From assembly GCA_025964715.1 (NCBI GenBank), contig JAOPYH010000305.1, forward strand, positions 7,485-71,484: a stretch of 64,000 nucleotides of DNA, written 5' to 3'. How positions within the stretch are numbered: position 1 is the stretch's first letter; each line of letters begins with the position of its first letter. Under the pieces are notes generated by a model. That model was not told where the DNA came from. It saw only the letters and a program-made list of their open reading frames with translations, and ran no database searches. Shown one piece after another: positions 49,273 to 58,741 of this stretch. A program made the translations under genes and the position numbers. Source of the stretch: Streptosporangiaceae bacterium. Lineage in GTDB: Bacteria; Actinomycetota; Actinomycetes; Streptosporangiales; Streptosporangiaceae.

Positions 49273-49845
49273 ATGTCGGCGACGCGGCTGCTGGTCCTCG
49301 GCGCGCTGAGGTCGCTGGGGCCGGCCCACGGCTATCAGATCCGCGGTGAGCTCCTCTCCTGGGGAGCCCACGAGTGGGCCAAAGTCAACCCGGGCTCGAT
49401 CTATCACGCGCTCAAGCAGCTGACCAAGGACGGCCTGCTGCGGTCGCACGAGGTCCGCGAGAGCGACGCGGGCCCGCCCCGCACGGACTATGAACTGACG
49501 AGCAAGGGCGAGATCGAGTTCTTCCGCCTGCTCACCGAGTCCCTGACCACCGTCGACCAGCGCCAGGACATGCTCTGGGCGGCTCTGGGCTTTCTCACCG
49601 AACTGCCGCGGGCCAAGGCCATCGCGTTGCTGGAGCAGCGGCTCGCCGGGCTGGAGCAGTGGGGAGCCACGGTGCGGCCGCACCTCGGCGCCTGGGACCA
49701 GAGCCTCCAGGAGCTCGTGGGTCTGTGGGTCCACTCCGCCGAGACCGGAGCCGAGTGGACCCGGGGCCTGATCGAGCGCCTGGAGGGCGGTGCCCACGCC
49801 ATGGCCGGTGAGCGCGCCACAGATACTGGCTCACTGCCGGTATGA
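49273..49845 (+). CDS. PadR family regulator
   Basis: LLVLGAL..HGYQI..GSIYHALKQL..YELT..G. Confidence 0.92.
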   Translation: MSATRLLVLGALRSLGPAHGYQIRGELLSWGAHEWAKVNPGSIYHALKQLTKDGLLRSHEVRESDAGPPRTDYELTSKGEIEFFRLLTESLTTVDQRQDMLWAALGFLTELPRAKAIALLEQRLAGLEQWGATVRPHLGAWDQSLQELVGLWVHSAETGAEWTRGLIERLEGGAHAMAGERATDTGSLPV

Positions 49846-49951
49846 GGATGGGTTTAACCTGGAAACGGAGCGATGCGGCTCCATTACCGCAGGAAAGCAA
49901 AGGCAACGTCTGCACGGGGTAATAGACGCACTTCGAAAGGAGTGTCGGCCG

Positions 49952-50803
49952 ATGACCACCGCCATGAAAGCCCCGCTGGAGTTCCCCGCGCGCGAGGCTC
50001 CGGACTTCTCCCAGGGTGAGGTCTATTTCATCGGGAATGCCACCACGGTGATCCGTTACGCGGGTTTCATTCTTTTGACGGATCCCGCGTTCATGCACCG
50101 GGGTGATTACGCCAGCCTCGGTCATGGCATCTACACGCAGCGAGTGGTCGAGCCGGCCTGCCAGATCTCCGATCTGCCCTGGCTGGACATGATCGTGCTG
50201 TCCCACTTCCACGGGGACCACTTCGACTACGTGGCCCTCCGGGAGCTGAACAAGGAGCTGCCGATCGTCAGCACCCATCACGCAGTGCAGGAACTGCGCG
50301 CCAACGGCTTCGCGCGGGGATATGCCCTCGACACCTGGGACTACCTCCCGGCGGTGAAGGGTGACGCGCAGCTGCGCGTCACCTCCATGCCGGGTAAGCA
50401 CGCGCCCGACCCGATCGCGGCCCTGCTGCCCCCGGTCATGGGAAGCATGCTGGACTTCCACCGCGGCGACGAGCGGGTGTTCCGCCTGTACATCTCGGGT
50501 GACACGCTGCTGCACGACCGGCTCTACGACATCCCCACCCGGTTCCCCGACATCGACCTCGCACTGATCCACATTGGTGGGACCGCGCTGCTGACGACCG
50601 TGGTGACGATGACAGGAGCCCAGGGCGTACGTGCGGTGGAGATCCTCAGGCCGCGTACGGCGACACCGATCCACTACAACGACTTCTCGGTGCTCGTCTC
50701 CGGCATCGAGGACTTCAAGAACGCCGCCGCCGTGTCCAGGGTGCCGACGGAGTTCCATTACCTCGCGCAGGGTGAGACGTTCCGGTTCCGTCCGCGCGGT
50801 TAG
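49952..50803 (+). CDS. Metallo-beta-lactamase fold hydrolase (UlaG-like)
   Basis: LTDP, SHFHGDHFD, YISGDT, PIHY; AAGGAG RBS. Confidence 0.9.
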   Translation: MTTAMKAPLEFPAREAPDFSQGEVYFIGNATTVIRYAGFILLTDPAFMHRGDYASLGHGIYTQRVVEPACQISDLPWLDMIVLSHFHGDHFDYVALRELNKELPIVSTHHAVQELRANGFARGYALDTWDYLPAVKGDAQLRVTSMPGKHAPDPIAALLPPVMGSMLDFHRGDERVFRLYISGDTLLHDRLYDIPTRFPDIDLALIHIGGTALLTTVVTMTGAQGVRAVEILRPRTATPIHYNDFSVLVSGIEDFKNAAAVSRVPTEFHYLAQGETFRFRPRG

Positions 50804-51522
50804 CCGGCCGCGTCGACCGGCAGCGGCGCCGGGGCTTCGGCCTCTTGACGGCGGAGGGCGAACGCCGCGGCGAGCTGCCTGATCCGGGCGGTCAGCAGCC
50901 GCTGGAGATAACGGAATGTCGCCGCCAGTGTGACGATCGCCAGCGCCACCACGCAGATCACGGGCACGAGGCCGAAGTGGTCGCTCATCGTGGACAGCAC
51001 CTGCCGGGTCCGCGACTGCGGGTCGGCCAGCACGAACCCGGCGAAGCCGAAGGCGATGATGGGTCCGCCCAGTGCCGTGACACGTCTCCAGAACATGCCG
51101 ACATGCAGGAAGCGGCGCAACGTGTCCGCGGCTCCGAGGATCCGGTTGACGCGCAGCAGCCGCACCGCCGTGACCAGGTGGACGAGCCGCAGCAGCCGCA
51201 GTGCCTGAACCGGCAGGACGGCCAAGAGCGCCGCCGGGATGGCCACCCCGGCGATGAGGAGCGGCCACAGGTGTGCGCGGACCCAGGCCAGGCGCCGGCC
51301 GGTGAGCAGGAAGAGCAGGAGGGGCTCGCCGGTGAGTACGGCGCTGACCCCCCAGTTGAGCACCTTGCCGACCTGGCCCGGCCAGCCGGCGACCGCGGTC
51401 AGAAAGGTGGCGGGCACGGACACTAGGGCCGCGATGACGACTGGAAGCGCGAGGCGGCGTTCGAGCCGGGCGGCCCGGTCGTCTCTCACCTGTTTGCGCG
51501 CTGTGACCTTGACGCTGGACAT
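50800..51522 (-). CDS. Membrane protein with voltage-sensor-like (S1-S4) region, no pore signature
   Basis: About six hydrophobic segments; S4-like LRLLRLVHLVTAVRLLRVNRIL; no TVGYG. Confidence 0.6.
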   Translation of the reverse strand: MSSVKVTARKQVRDDRAARLERRLALPVVIAALVSVPATFLTAVAGWPGQVGKVLNWGVSAVLTGEPLLLFLLTGRRLAWVRAHLWPLLIAGVAIPAALLAVLPVQALRLLRLVHLVTAVRLLRVNRILGAADTLRRFLHVGMFWRRVTALGGPIIAFGFAGFVLADPQSRTRQVLSTMSDHFGLVPVICVVALAIVTLAATFRYLQRLLTARIRQLAAAFALRRQEAEAPAPLPVDAAG

Positions 51523-51643
51523 CAGTGTTGATCTTAGACAAGTTGGACGGAGAGATGGTCCCGATCGCCTGACCCGGGGCGCTCCAGATGGATCCTGCGG
51601 GGACCGGACCCGGTGCGCGGCAGGTGGCAATAGGGTTTGCCCC

Positions 51644-52363
51644 ATGTCGATTACCGGGAAGAGTGCGGAGGTCCGGCAGGCCGTCATCCTGGCCGGGGGC
51701 CAGGCGACACGGCTACGGCCCTACACCGACGACCGGCCCAAGGCGATGGTGCCGGTCGGGGGCAGGCCGATCGTGGACTGGCAGCTCGAATGGCTGTCAC
51801 AGGCGGGATGCGAACACGTCGTTGTCTCCTGCGGCTATCTCGCCGAGGTCATGGACAAGCACCTGGCCGACCAGTCCTATTCGGCGACGGTCGAGGTCGC
51901 GGTGGAGTCAGAGCCACTCGGGCGCGGCGGCGCGTTGCGCTACGCCGCCGGGCACCTTCCGTATCCGCAGGAGCGCTGGCTCGCCCTCAACGGCGACGTC
52001 CTGTGCCGCTTCCCGCTCGGCGATCTGATCGACCGGCATCAGACGGCCGGGGCCATGGCGACGATCGCGCTCGCTCAGTACCGCACCACCTGGGGCATCG
52101 CCACGCTCGACGAGAAGGACCGCATCGCGGGCTTCGTGCAGTCGCCCAGGCTGCCCTACTGGATCAATGGCGGGATCTATGTCTTCGAGCCCGAGGTCGT
52201 GGATCTGCTGCCGCTGAGGGGCGACCACGAGGACACCACGTTCCCGCAACTCGCCGTGGACAAGCGGCTGGCCGCCTACAAGATCGAGAGTTACTGGCGC
52301 GGAGTGGACACCGTCAAGGACGTCAAGGAGGCCGGCGAGGAGATCGGGCTGCAGGGCTGGTAA
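51644..52363 (+). CDS. NDP-sugar nucleotidyltransferase family protein
   Basis: AVILAGGQATRLRPYT..PKAMV, EPLGRGG, NGD, INGGIY. Confidence 0.9.
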   Translation: MSITGKSAEVRQAVILAGGQATRLRPYTDDRPKAMVPVGGRPIVDWQLEWLSQAGCEHVVVSCGYLAEVMDKHLADQSYSATVEVAVESEPLGRGGALRYAAGHLPYPQERWLALNGDVLCRFPLGDLIDRHQTAGAMATIALAQYRTTWGIATLDEKDRIAGFVQSPRLPYWINGGIYVFEPEVVDLLPLRGDHEDTTFPQLAVDKRLAAYKIESYWRGVDTVKDVKEAGEEIGLQGW

Positions 52364-52476
52364 CAGCACGGCATCAGGCGCCGTGCCGGGAAACACCGGA
52401 CAACAGTGGTCAGGGCGGCCGCGGCGGTGACGCCGGGCCGTCCTGACCGTCATTAAAGCTGATCCTTCGGCCACTC

Positions 52477-52797
52477 TCAGCTGTTGTCGCGGATCATGTC
52501 ATAATCGCCGAACACGATCGGACCATCGCACAGTTCTGCCATGCGCTTGGCGAATCGTTCCGTCTCTTCCATCTTGTTGTTACGCTGCGCCTCCTTTTCG
52601 GAGGGGAAATGCATGATGGCGACATAGTGATTCGGGCGGTCTTGACAGCGGCCCATCATGTCTTGGGTGACCATATTGCGATTCATGGTCCCGGAGCGCC
52701 ACTCGTCCATGAGGGCCATGATTTCCTCGGGCTTTTTCGTGTCAAATTCCATGATCTGAACGAACACGCTATTCTCCCTTTTCGGGTCCACTGGCAC
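52477..52797 (-). CDS. Small dimeric alpha/beta-barrel-like hypothetical protein
   Basis: FVQIMEF..DEW..FPS..EA..N..ET..LCDG pattern seen in actinomycete small proteins; alternative GTG start at 52767. Confidence 0.65.
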   Translation of the reverse strand: MPVDPKRENSVFVQIMEFDTKKPEEIMALMDEWRSGTMNRNMVTQDMMGRCQDRPNHYVAIMHFPSEKEAQRNNKMEETERFAKRMAELCDGPIVFGDYDMIRDNS

Positions 52798-52929
52798 CTC
52801 TCATTAGACCCTCGCTGCGCGTGCGTGGCAAGGAAAGAATATCGGAGTCGACTTTTACCTCTGGTACACGCGTTCAGCCCGGCTCCGGCAGGCAAATATG
52901 GTGCATTACCGGCTAAATCCGACTTATCG

Positions 52930-54657
52930 CTAGTCGATGCTGGAAACGTCGAAATTGTCGAAGTCTGCGACGACCTCGCCACCGCTGCCGCCACCGTCGC
53001 GCCTGACGATCACACCGGCCTGTCCCTCGGTGAGCGGGTTGTCGGCGTCGGCGCACTCGGCCGCCAGGCGGCCGTTCAGCCACAGGCGCAGGCGAACCGT
53101 CGTGCCCTGGCGCTCGCAGGCGATCTGCACGCGGTTGGCCCCCGTGGTCCGGAAGCCCTTGGCGTGCGCGCTGTGGGCCAGTTGCTTGGAGATGTTGTGG
53201 CCCGAAACCTTGCGGACCACAGTGCCGTTGCCGTCGAGCCGGACCAGGAACAGATAGCCGTCAACGGTGCCCGAGTCGGGTCCGAAGCACCACAGTCCGA
53301 GCTGCCCGTACGGCGGTCCGGAGGCCACGGTGACGTCCGACGACACCAGAGCCCGGGCCGGCAGGCTCTGCTCGTACGGTGCGGGGCTGGACTCCTCCGT
53401 CTCGGCGCCGGCGGTCTCCAGGCGATACCGGCCGTCGAAGTAGCCGTAGCCGGACGTGTAGACGCCGCCGGGCCAGTGCGTGCTCGGGTTGGAGAAGTCG
53501 TCGCTGAAGAGGGTGGTCGTGGCCCGTGGCGGCCCACCAGAGTCCTTGAGGACCAGGGCCACAGCCGCCACGGTGACGAGGATCAGCGTGAGGACCCCGG
53601 CCGCCCAGGCCGCGGTGACGCTCACCGCGCGGCGGCCGGGACGGGGCGGTCCCGGTGGGCCGTCCGCGGTCGCCGGCTCGCGGAGCGTCGGGGGGTCCGG
53701 CCGCGCTGCCACGAGGGTCGCCGACTCCCTCCCGGTCCGCGGGAACGGGTCCGAGATGGTCAGGTTGCGTTCGGGGAGGGAGTGGGCCTGCCACGTGCGG
53801 CGCACGCGGGCGGCGGTCTGGGCCGTGTCGGCCCGCTCCTGTCCGACCAGGCCGTCGAGCAGCTCCTGCGCCGAGGGGCGCCGGGTCGGATCCTTGATCA
53901 GTGCCGACTCGACGAGCTGCCTCACCTCCTCGTCCAGGCCGTCGGTCTGCGGTTCGCCATGGGTGATGCGGTAGAGCACCGCGGGGACCGTGTTCGCCGG
54001 GAATGGCGACTCGCCGGTGCCGGCGAACGCCACGACGGCTCCCCACGCGAAGACGTCGGAGGCCGGGGTCGCTCGCTCACCCTCGATGATCTCGGGTGCC
54101 ATGTAGGCCGGCGTGCCGATGAAATGCCCGGTGCGCGTGGCGTCCGCGGCACTGTCGAGGGCACGGGCGATGCCGAAGTCGATGACCCGCGGTCCGAGGG
54201 AGGACAGCAGCACGTTGGCCGGCTTGAGATCGCGGTGCACAACCCCGGCGCCGTGGATGGCGGTCAGCGCCGTGGCCACGCCGACCGCGAGGTGGTCCAG
54301 TGTCGAGCCGCGCATCGGCCCCGATCCGCGTACGAACTCGTCGAGGTTCGGCCCGTTGACGTACTCGGTGACGATGAACAGCGGCGCCCCGTCGAGCTGC
54401 GCGTCGAGAACGGGAGCCGTGCAGAACCTGCGGACCCGTCGCGCCGATTCCACCTCGCGCCGGAACCTGTCTCGAAAGGACGGGTCGTCCGCGAGATCCG
54501 GGTTGATCACCTTGATCGCGGCGCGCTGGCCGACCTCCGACTCGGCAAGATAGACGGTTCCCATCCCGCCCCGGCCGATCCGCCCGAGCAGCCGGTAGGT
54601 GCCCAGCGTCGGCGGATCGCCGGGTCCCAGGGGATCGACCACGCTGTCTGCGGACAC
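52930..54657 (-). CDS. Transmembrane Ser/Thr protein kinase with extracellular beta-rich domain
   Basis: IGRGGMGTVY, AIK, HRDLKPAN, DFG, GTPAYMAPE, single TM. Confidence 0.94.
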   Translation of the reverse strand: MSADSVVDPLGPGDPPTLGTYRLLGRIGRGGMGTVYLAESEVGQRAAIKVINPDLADDPSFRDRFRREVESARRVRRFCTAPVLDAQLDGAPLFIVTEYVNGPNLDEFVRGSGPMRGSTLDHLAVGVATALTAIHGAGVVHRDLKPANVLLSSLGPRVIDFGIARALDSAADATRTGHFIGTPAYMAPEIIEGERATPASDVFAWGAVVAFAGTGESPFPANTVPAVLYRITHGEPQTDGLDEEVRQLVESALIKDPTRRPSAQELLDGLVGQERADTAQTAARVRRTWQAHSLPERNLTISDPFPRTGRESATLVAARPDPPTLREPATADGPPGPPRPGRRAVSVTAAWAAGVLTLILVTVAAVALVLKDSGGPPRATTTLFSDDFSNPSTHWPGGVYTSGYGYFDGRYRLETAGAETEESSPAPYEQSLPARALVSSDVTVASGPPYGQLGLWCFGPDSGTVDGYLFLVRLDGNGTVVRKVSGHNISKQLAHSAHAKGFRTTGANRVQIACERQGTTVRLRLWLNGRLAAECADADNPLTEGQAGVIVRRDGGGSGGEVVADFDNFDVSSID

Positions 54658-54729
54658 GGTGACTCCAAGCCTCCCTGACTCTCCGTACACGAAAGTGCAC
54701 GCTGAGGCAGATTAGCGAAGTGCCGGGTC

Positions 54730-55698
54730 CTAGGGCAGGAGCAGCAGCTTGCCGGTGGTGCGGCGCCCCTCCAGATCCTCGTGCGCCGTGCGGGTGTCGG
54801 CGAGGTCGTACCGCCTGCCGATGTGCAGCCGCAGGTCACCGCTCTGCGCCCAGCCGAGCACGTCGGACGCGCGGGAGAGGAGCTCTTCGCGGGTCGCGAT
54901 GTAGTGCGCGAGGGTGGGCCGGGTGAGGAAGATCGACCCGGCTGCGTTCAGCCGCATCGGGTCGACGGGCGGCACCGCGCCGCTGGCCGCGCCGAACAAC
55001 GCCAGCATGCCGCGCGGACGCAGGCTCTCCATGCTTCCGTCGAAGGTCGCGGCCCCCACGCCGTCGTAGACCGCGGCGACGCCCTCTCCGCCGGTCAGCC
55101 GCCGGACCTCGGGCGCGAAATCCATCTCGGTGTAGCGGATGACCTCGTCGGCGCCGGCGTCGCGGGCCAGCTTCTCCTTCTCGGCCGTCGACACCGTCCC
55201 GATCACCCGGCCGCCGCGCAGCTTGGCCATCTGGGTGAGCAGCAGGCCCATGCCACCCGCGGCGGCGTGCACCAGCACCGTTTCACCCGGCTGCACGGGA
55301 TGTGTCGTGTGGGTGAGGTAGTGCGCGGTCATGCCCTGGAGCATGGCGGCCGCGCCCTCCTCCGGGGAGACGCCGGAGGGGATCTTCACCGCGCGGTCGG
55401 CGGTCACCCTCGCCTTCGCGGCATAGGAGCCCTGTACCTCCGAGGAGGCCACCACATCGCCGACGCTGAAGCCGGTCACGTTCGAACCGACGGCCGATAC
55501 GGTCCCGGAGCCCTCGACGCCGAGCACGAAGGGGGTCTGCTTGGGGTAGCGGCCGGTGCGGTAGTAGACGTCGATGAAGTTGACGCCGGCGGCGGCGGTG
55601 TCGATCACGAGCTCATCAGGTCCGGGGGCCGGGTCCTCGACCTCGGTGTACTCCAGCACCTCGGGTCCGCCTGGGCTCGAGACGACGATCGCGCGCAT
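54730..55698 (-). CDS. qor: NADPH:quinone oxidoreductase (zeta-crystallin family)
   Basis: GVNFID, HAAAGGMG, VYDGVG, TTGKLLL. Confidence 0.9.
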   Translation of the reverse strand: MRAIVVSSPGGPEVLEYTEVEDPAPGPDELVIDTAAAGVNFIDVYYRTGRYPKQTPFVLGVEGSGTVSAVGSNVTGFSVGDVVASSEVQGSYAAKARVTADRAVKIPSGVSPEEGAAAMLQGMTAHYLTHTTHPVQPGETVLVHAAAGGMGLLLTQMAKLRGGRVIGTVSTAEKEKLARDAGADEVIRYTEMDFAPEVRRLTGGEGVAAVYDGVGAATFDGSMESLRPRGMLALFGAASGAVPPVDPMRLNAAGSIFLTRPTLAHYIATREELLSRASDVLGWAQSGDLRLHIGRRYDLADTRTAHEDLEGRRTTGKLLLLP

Positions 55699-55860
55699 GG
55701 GTCCTCCTCACGGTCAGCTGTTGATCGTTGCCAACGGCTGGTGTGCCGCGTCTGTTCCCGGCCCGGGCCCTGCGGCCTCGGGAGCGGATCGAGGGCGGCG
55801 TCGGATGAGGACCGGACGGGTACGTTCCTCCGTGCGTCCAGCGGACCCGGCCACGGTGAG

Positions 55861-55903
55861 CCGCCGTCAACCCGCCGTCAACCCGCCGTCAACCGCCATC
55901 AAC
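55861..55903 (+). repeat. Tandem 11-bp direct repeat CCGCCGTCAAC x3 plus one degenerate copy
   Basis: Units at 55861, 55872, 55883 and CGCCATCAAC at 55894, directly before the MFS RBS. Confidence 0.9.
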
Positions 55904-55916
55904 AAGGGGATCAGCT

Positions 55917-57515
55917 ATGTCTCAGCCGCGCGCGGCCGTACAGAAACAATCGGTGATACCGCCACCGGAGACCGCCGAGTCAAGGCGTCAGGCCAACCCG
56001 TGGCTGACCATGACCGTCGTCGCGCTGGGGATCATCATGGTGGCACTGGACGGCACCATCGTGGCCATCGCCAACCCGGCCATCGCCCGCGACCTCGGCG
56101 CCTCGCTGACCGACCTGCAGTGGGTGACCAACGGCTACCTGCTGGCGATAGCCGTCACGCTGATCACGGCCGGCAAGGTCGGTGACCGCTTCGGGCACAA
56201 GCCGGTCTTCCTCATCGGCGCGGTGGGGTTCGCGCTGACCTCCGGCGCCATCGGCCTTTCGCAGGGCATCGGCATGCTGGTGGCCCTCCGAGTCCTCCAG
56301 GGCGTCTTCGGCGCCATGCTGCAGCCGACCGCCATCGGCCTCCTGCGGGCCGCCTTCCCGGCCGGGAGGCTCAACATGGCCATCGGGATCTGGGGCGCGT
56401 GCATCGCCGCCTCCACCGCCGCCGGGCCCATCATCGGCGGCTTGCTCGTCGAGAAGGTCAACTGGCAGTCGGTGTTCTTCATCAACGTGCCGGTCGGGCT
56501 GGCCGCCGTCGTGCTCGGTGTGCTCTTCCTGCGCCACCGCCGGGACGAGTCCAGGTCCTCGAGCTTCGACGTGCCCGGAATCGCCGTGCTTTCGGCGATG
56601 CTATTCACACTCGTGTGGGCGGTCGTCAAGGCACCGGAGTACGGCTGGGCCAGCGGGCGCACCCTCGGCTTCTTCGCCGGCGCGGCGGTGCTCCTCGCCG
56701 CGTTCGTGGTCCGCGAGCACTTCGCCCGTGAGCCGCTCGTGCCCCTCACCCTCTTCCGGTCGGCGTCCCTGTCGGCCGGCGTGGTGCTGATGATGATGAT
56801 GGCGTTCGCGCTGTTCGGCGCCATGTTCTTCCTGACCTTCTACCTGCAGGGCGTGCGAGGCCTCAGTCCGGTCAGGTCCGGCGTCTGGCTGCTGCCGATG
56901 ATGCTCAGCATGGTGGTCGTCTCGCCGATCGCGGGGGCCCTGATCTCCAAGCTGGGACCGCGGCCGCCGCTGGTCGTCGGCATGCTGTGCTCTGGTGGCG
57001 CCTTCCTCGGGCTGGCCCACCTCCAGGCGGGCGCCGGCTTCATGGAGTTGTTCCCCTGGCTCGTGTTGATGGCGTGCGGCCTCAGCCCGGTCATGGTCGC
57101 GGCCACCGACATCATCGTGGGCAACGCGCCGGTGCGGCTGTCGGGCGTGGCCGGAGGTCTGCAGCAGGTCGCGATGCAGGTGGGCGGCGCCCTGGGGACG
57201 TCCGTGCTGGGCGCCCTGATGTCGGCCAAGGTCGCCGGCGTGCTTCCCGGGCACATGACGGGGGCCGGGCTGCCCGCCCCCACAGACCCGCAGGTCGAAC
57301 TGATGCGCAGCGCCATCTCGCAGGGCTTCGCACCGGTGCCGCCGCATGTGCCGCCGCAGGTCGCCGAGGCCATCACGAAGGCCAGTCGCCTGTCCTTCAT
57401 CGATGGCATGCACGCTGCCTTCTACGCGGCGGCCGCGGTGTCCTTCGCCGCCGTGTTCGTCAGCCTCGTCGTCCGGCGTGGCCGCGAGGTCGAGGGTGCC
57501 GCCGTGCACGCCTGA
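55917..57515 (+). CDS. MFS drug-efflux transporter (DHA2, EmrB/QacA-like)
   Basis: LDGTIVAIANP, WVTNGYLL, GKVGDRFG, GPIIGG, WQSVFFINVP. Confidence 0.93.
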   Translation: MSQPRAAVQKQSVIPPPETAESRRQANPWLTMTVVALGIIMVALDGTIVAIANPAIARDLGASLTDLQWVTNGYLLAIAVTLITAGKVGDRFGHKPVFLIGAVGFALTSGAIGLSQGIGMLVALRVLQGVFGAMLQPTAIGLLRAAFPAGRLNMAIGIWGACIAASTAAGPIIGGLLVEKVNWQSVFFINVPVGLAAVVLGVLFLRHRRDESRSSSFDVPGIAVLSAMLFTLVWAVVKAPEYGWASGRTLGFFAGAAVLLAAFVVREHFAREPLVPLTLFRSASLSAGVVLMMMMAFALFGAMFFLTFYLQGVRGLSPVRSGVWLLPMMLSMVVVSPIAGALISKLGPRPPLVVGMLCSGGAFLGLAHLQAGAGFMELFPWLVLMACGLSPVMVAATDIIVGNAPVRLSGVAGGLQQVAMQVGGALGTSVLGALMSAKVAGVLPGHMTGAGLPAPTDPQVELMRSAISQGFAPVPPHVPPQVAEAITKASRLSFIDGMHAAFYAAAAVSFAAVFVSLVVRRGREVEGAAVHA

Positions 57516-57560
57516 TCCGTGCACGCCTGACCCGGGCCGGCCCGGGCCCGGTGCGGACGC

Positions 57561-58595
57561 TCAGGCCGCTGGGGCTATGCGCCGGCAGAGCCAGGCCAGT
57601 GACAGCGGATAGCGGTAGCCGATGTTCCCGTGCCCGGCGTCGAAGAGCTCGAAGTGCACGACCTCATCGGAGACTCCGATGCCGGCGAGCGCCTGGCGGA
57701 ACGCGTCCCCGCCGATGTCCAGATACCACTCGTCCCGGGTGCCGCCGTCGATCCAGATGGCCCGCTGGGAGCGCAAGGCCTCGGCGTGCGTGGGGACCAT
57801 CCGTACCGGGTCCCAGTCGAGCCAGCGCCGCCAGATCTCCGGGAGCAGCACCCCGGTCCGCGGGTCGAAGGGCAGCTCCGGCGTCCCGTCGTCGGCCGCG
57901 GAGAAGCACGCCGCGACCCCCAGGAGGCTGAGCAGCTCCATGTCTCCATCCTTGGTGAAGGAGACCCGCGCGCGGAAGTCGTCCCACCAGCGGTGGATGT
58001 CGCCGTCGTAGGCCCTCAGATGCCGTACGGCCTTGGCGAACTCGGGGATGTAGCAGTATTCGTAGAGAGCGTCGCCGGCGTGGGTGGCGAGGGCTCCGAA
58101 CAGGTCAGGACGCAGCATCGGCGTGATCATCGCACCGAAGCCCCCGCTGGACTTGCCGGTGATGGCCCGGTGCTCGGGACGAGCGAGGGTGCGGTAGCGG
58201 GCGTCCACCCACGGCACGATCTCGTCGCACAGGTACGAGTGGTAGCGCCCGGTGCCGGGGGAGTCGACGAACTGGCTGCCTCCGTAAGCGGTCCAGGCGT
58301 CCACGTACACCACGATGGCGGGGGGTGCCTCGCCGTCCGCGAACACCGCGTCGGCGGCCTCCGGGAAAGTGGCCCGGAAAGGCGTGCGGTTGTGCCACAT
58401 GGCGAGGTGCCCGGTGTAGCCCTGGATCACGTACACGGAGGGGTAACGCCGGTCCGGCTCGTCGTCGTAGCCGGGTGGGACATAGACCCACAGCGGGCGT
58501 TCAGAGGGATCCTTGAGCGGGTTGTCCCGCAGCAGTTCGCTGCTGAAGACGTGCTCGTCGATGCGGCCGGCCAGGTCTGTGGACCAGGGCAGCAT
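57561..58595 (-). CDS. Alpha/beta hydrolase (Fes-like esterase)
   Basis: WVYVPPGYD, nucleophile GKSSGG, DAGH. Confidence 0.88.
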   Translation of the reverse strand: MLPWSTDLAGRIDEHVFSSELLRDNPLKDPSERPLWVYVPPGYDDEPDRRYPSVYVIQGYTGHLAMWHNRTPFRATFPEAADAVFADGEAPPAIVVYVDAWTAYGGSQFVDSPGTGRYHSYLCDEIVPWVDARYRTLARPEHRAITGKSSGGFGAMITPMLRPDLFGALATHAGDALYEYCYIPEFAKAVRHLRAYDGDIHRWWDDFRARVSFTKDGDMELLSLLGVAACFSAADDGTPELPFDPRTGVLLPEIWRRWLDWDPVRMVPTHAEALRSQRAIWIDGGTRDEWYLDIGGDAFRQALAGIGVSDEVVHFELFDAGHGNIGYRYPLSLAWLCRRIAPAA

Positions 58596-58657
58596 GCGTA
58601 CTCCTTCGGGTCGGTGACCGTGGCCCGACGCTAACACCGCCGTCCGGGATCCGGCAC

Positions 58658-58689
58658 TTGCCAAATGGACCTGGCGAACGTATGTTCGA
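58658..58689 (+). promoter_or_regulatory. Sigma70-type promoter overlapped by LexA SOS box
   Basis: TTGCCA (58658) -17 nt- TATGTT (58681); CGAAC-GTAT-GTTCG at 58675-58688 matches the actinobacterial LexA consensus. Confidence 0.85.
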
Positions 58690-58741
58690 ACCCTGATTCG
58701 CGCCTGCCTTCCCCCGGGCGATGGACCCGGGAGGTGTGCTG

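Noticed and set aside
49846-49951. c-di-GMP riboswitch or SigB promoter upstream of the MBL gene
   Set aside because: Only scattered GGAAA/GCAAA words; GGGTAA lacks a fitting -35 element
55861-55903. CRISPR array
   Set aside because: 11-bp contiguous units without spacers; no cas genes
57502-57530. 14-bp duplication CCGTGCACGCCTGA at the MFS stop codon
   Set aside because: Simple local slippage; no inserted element between the copies
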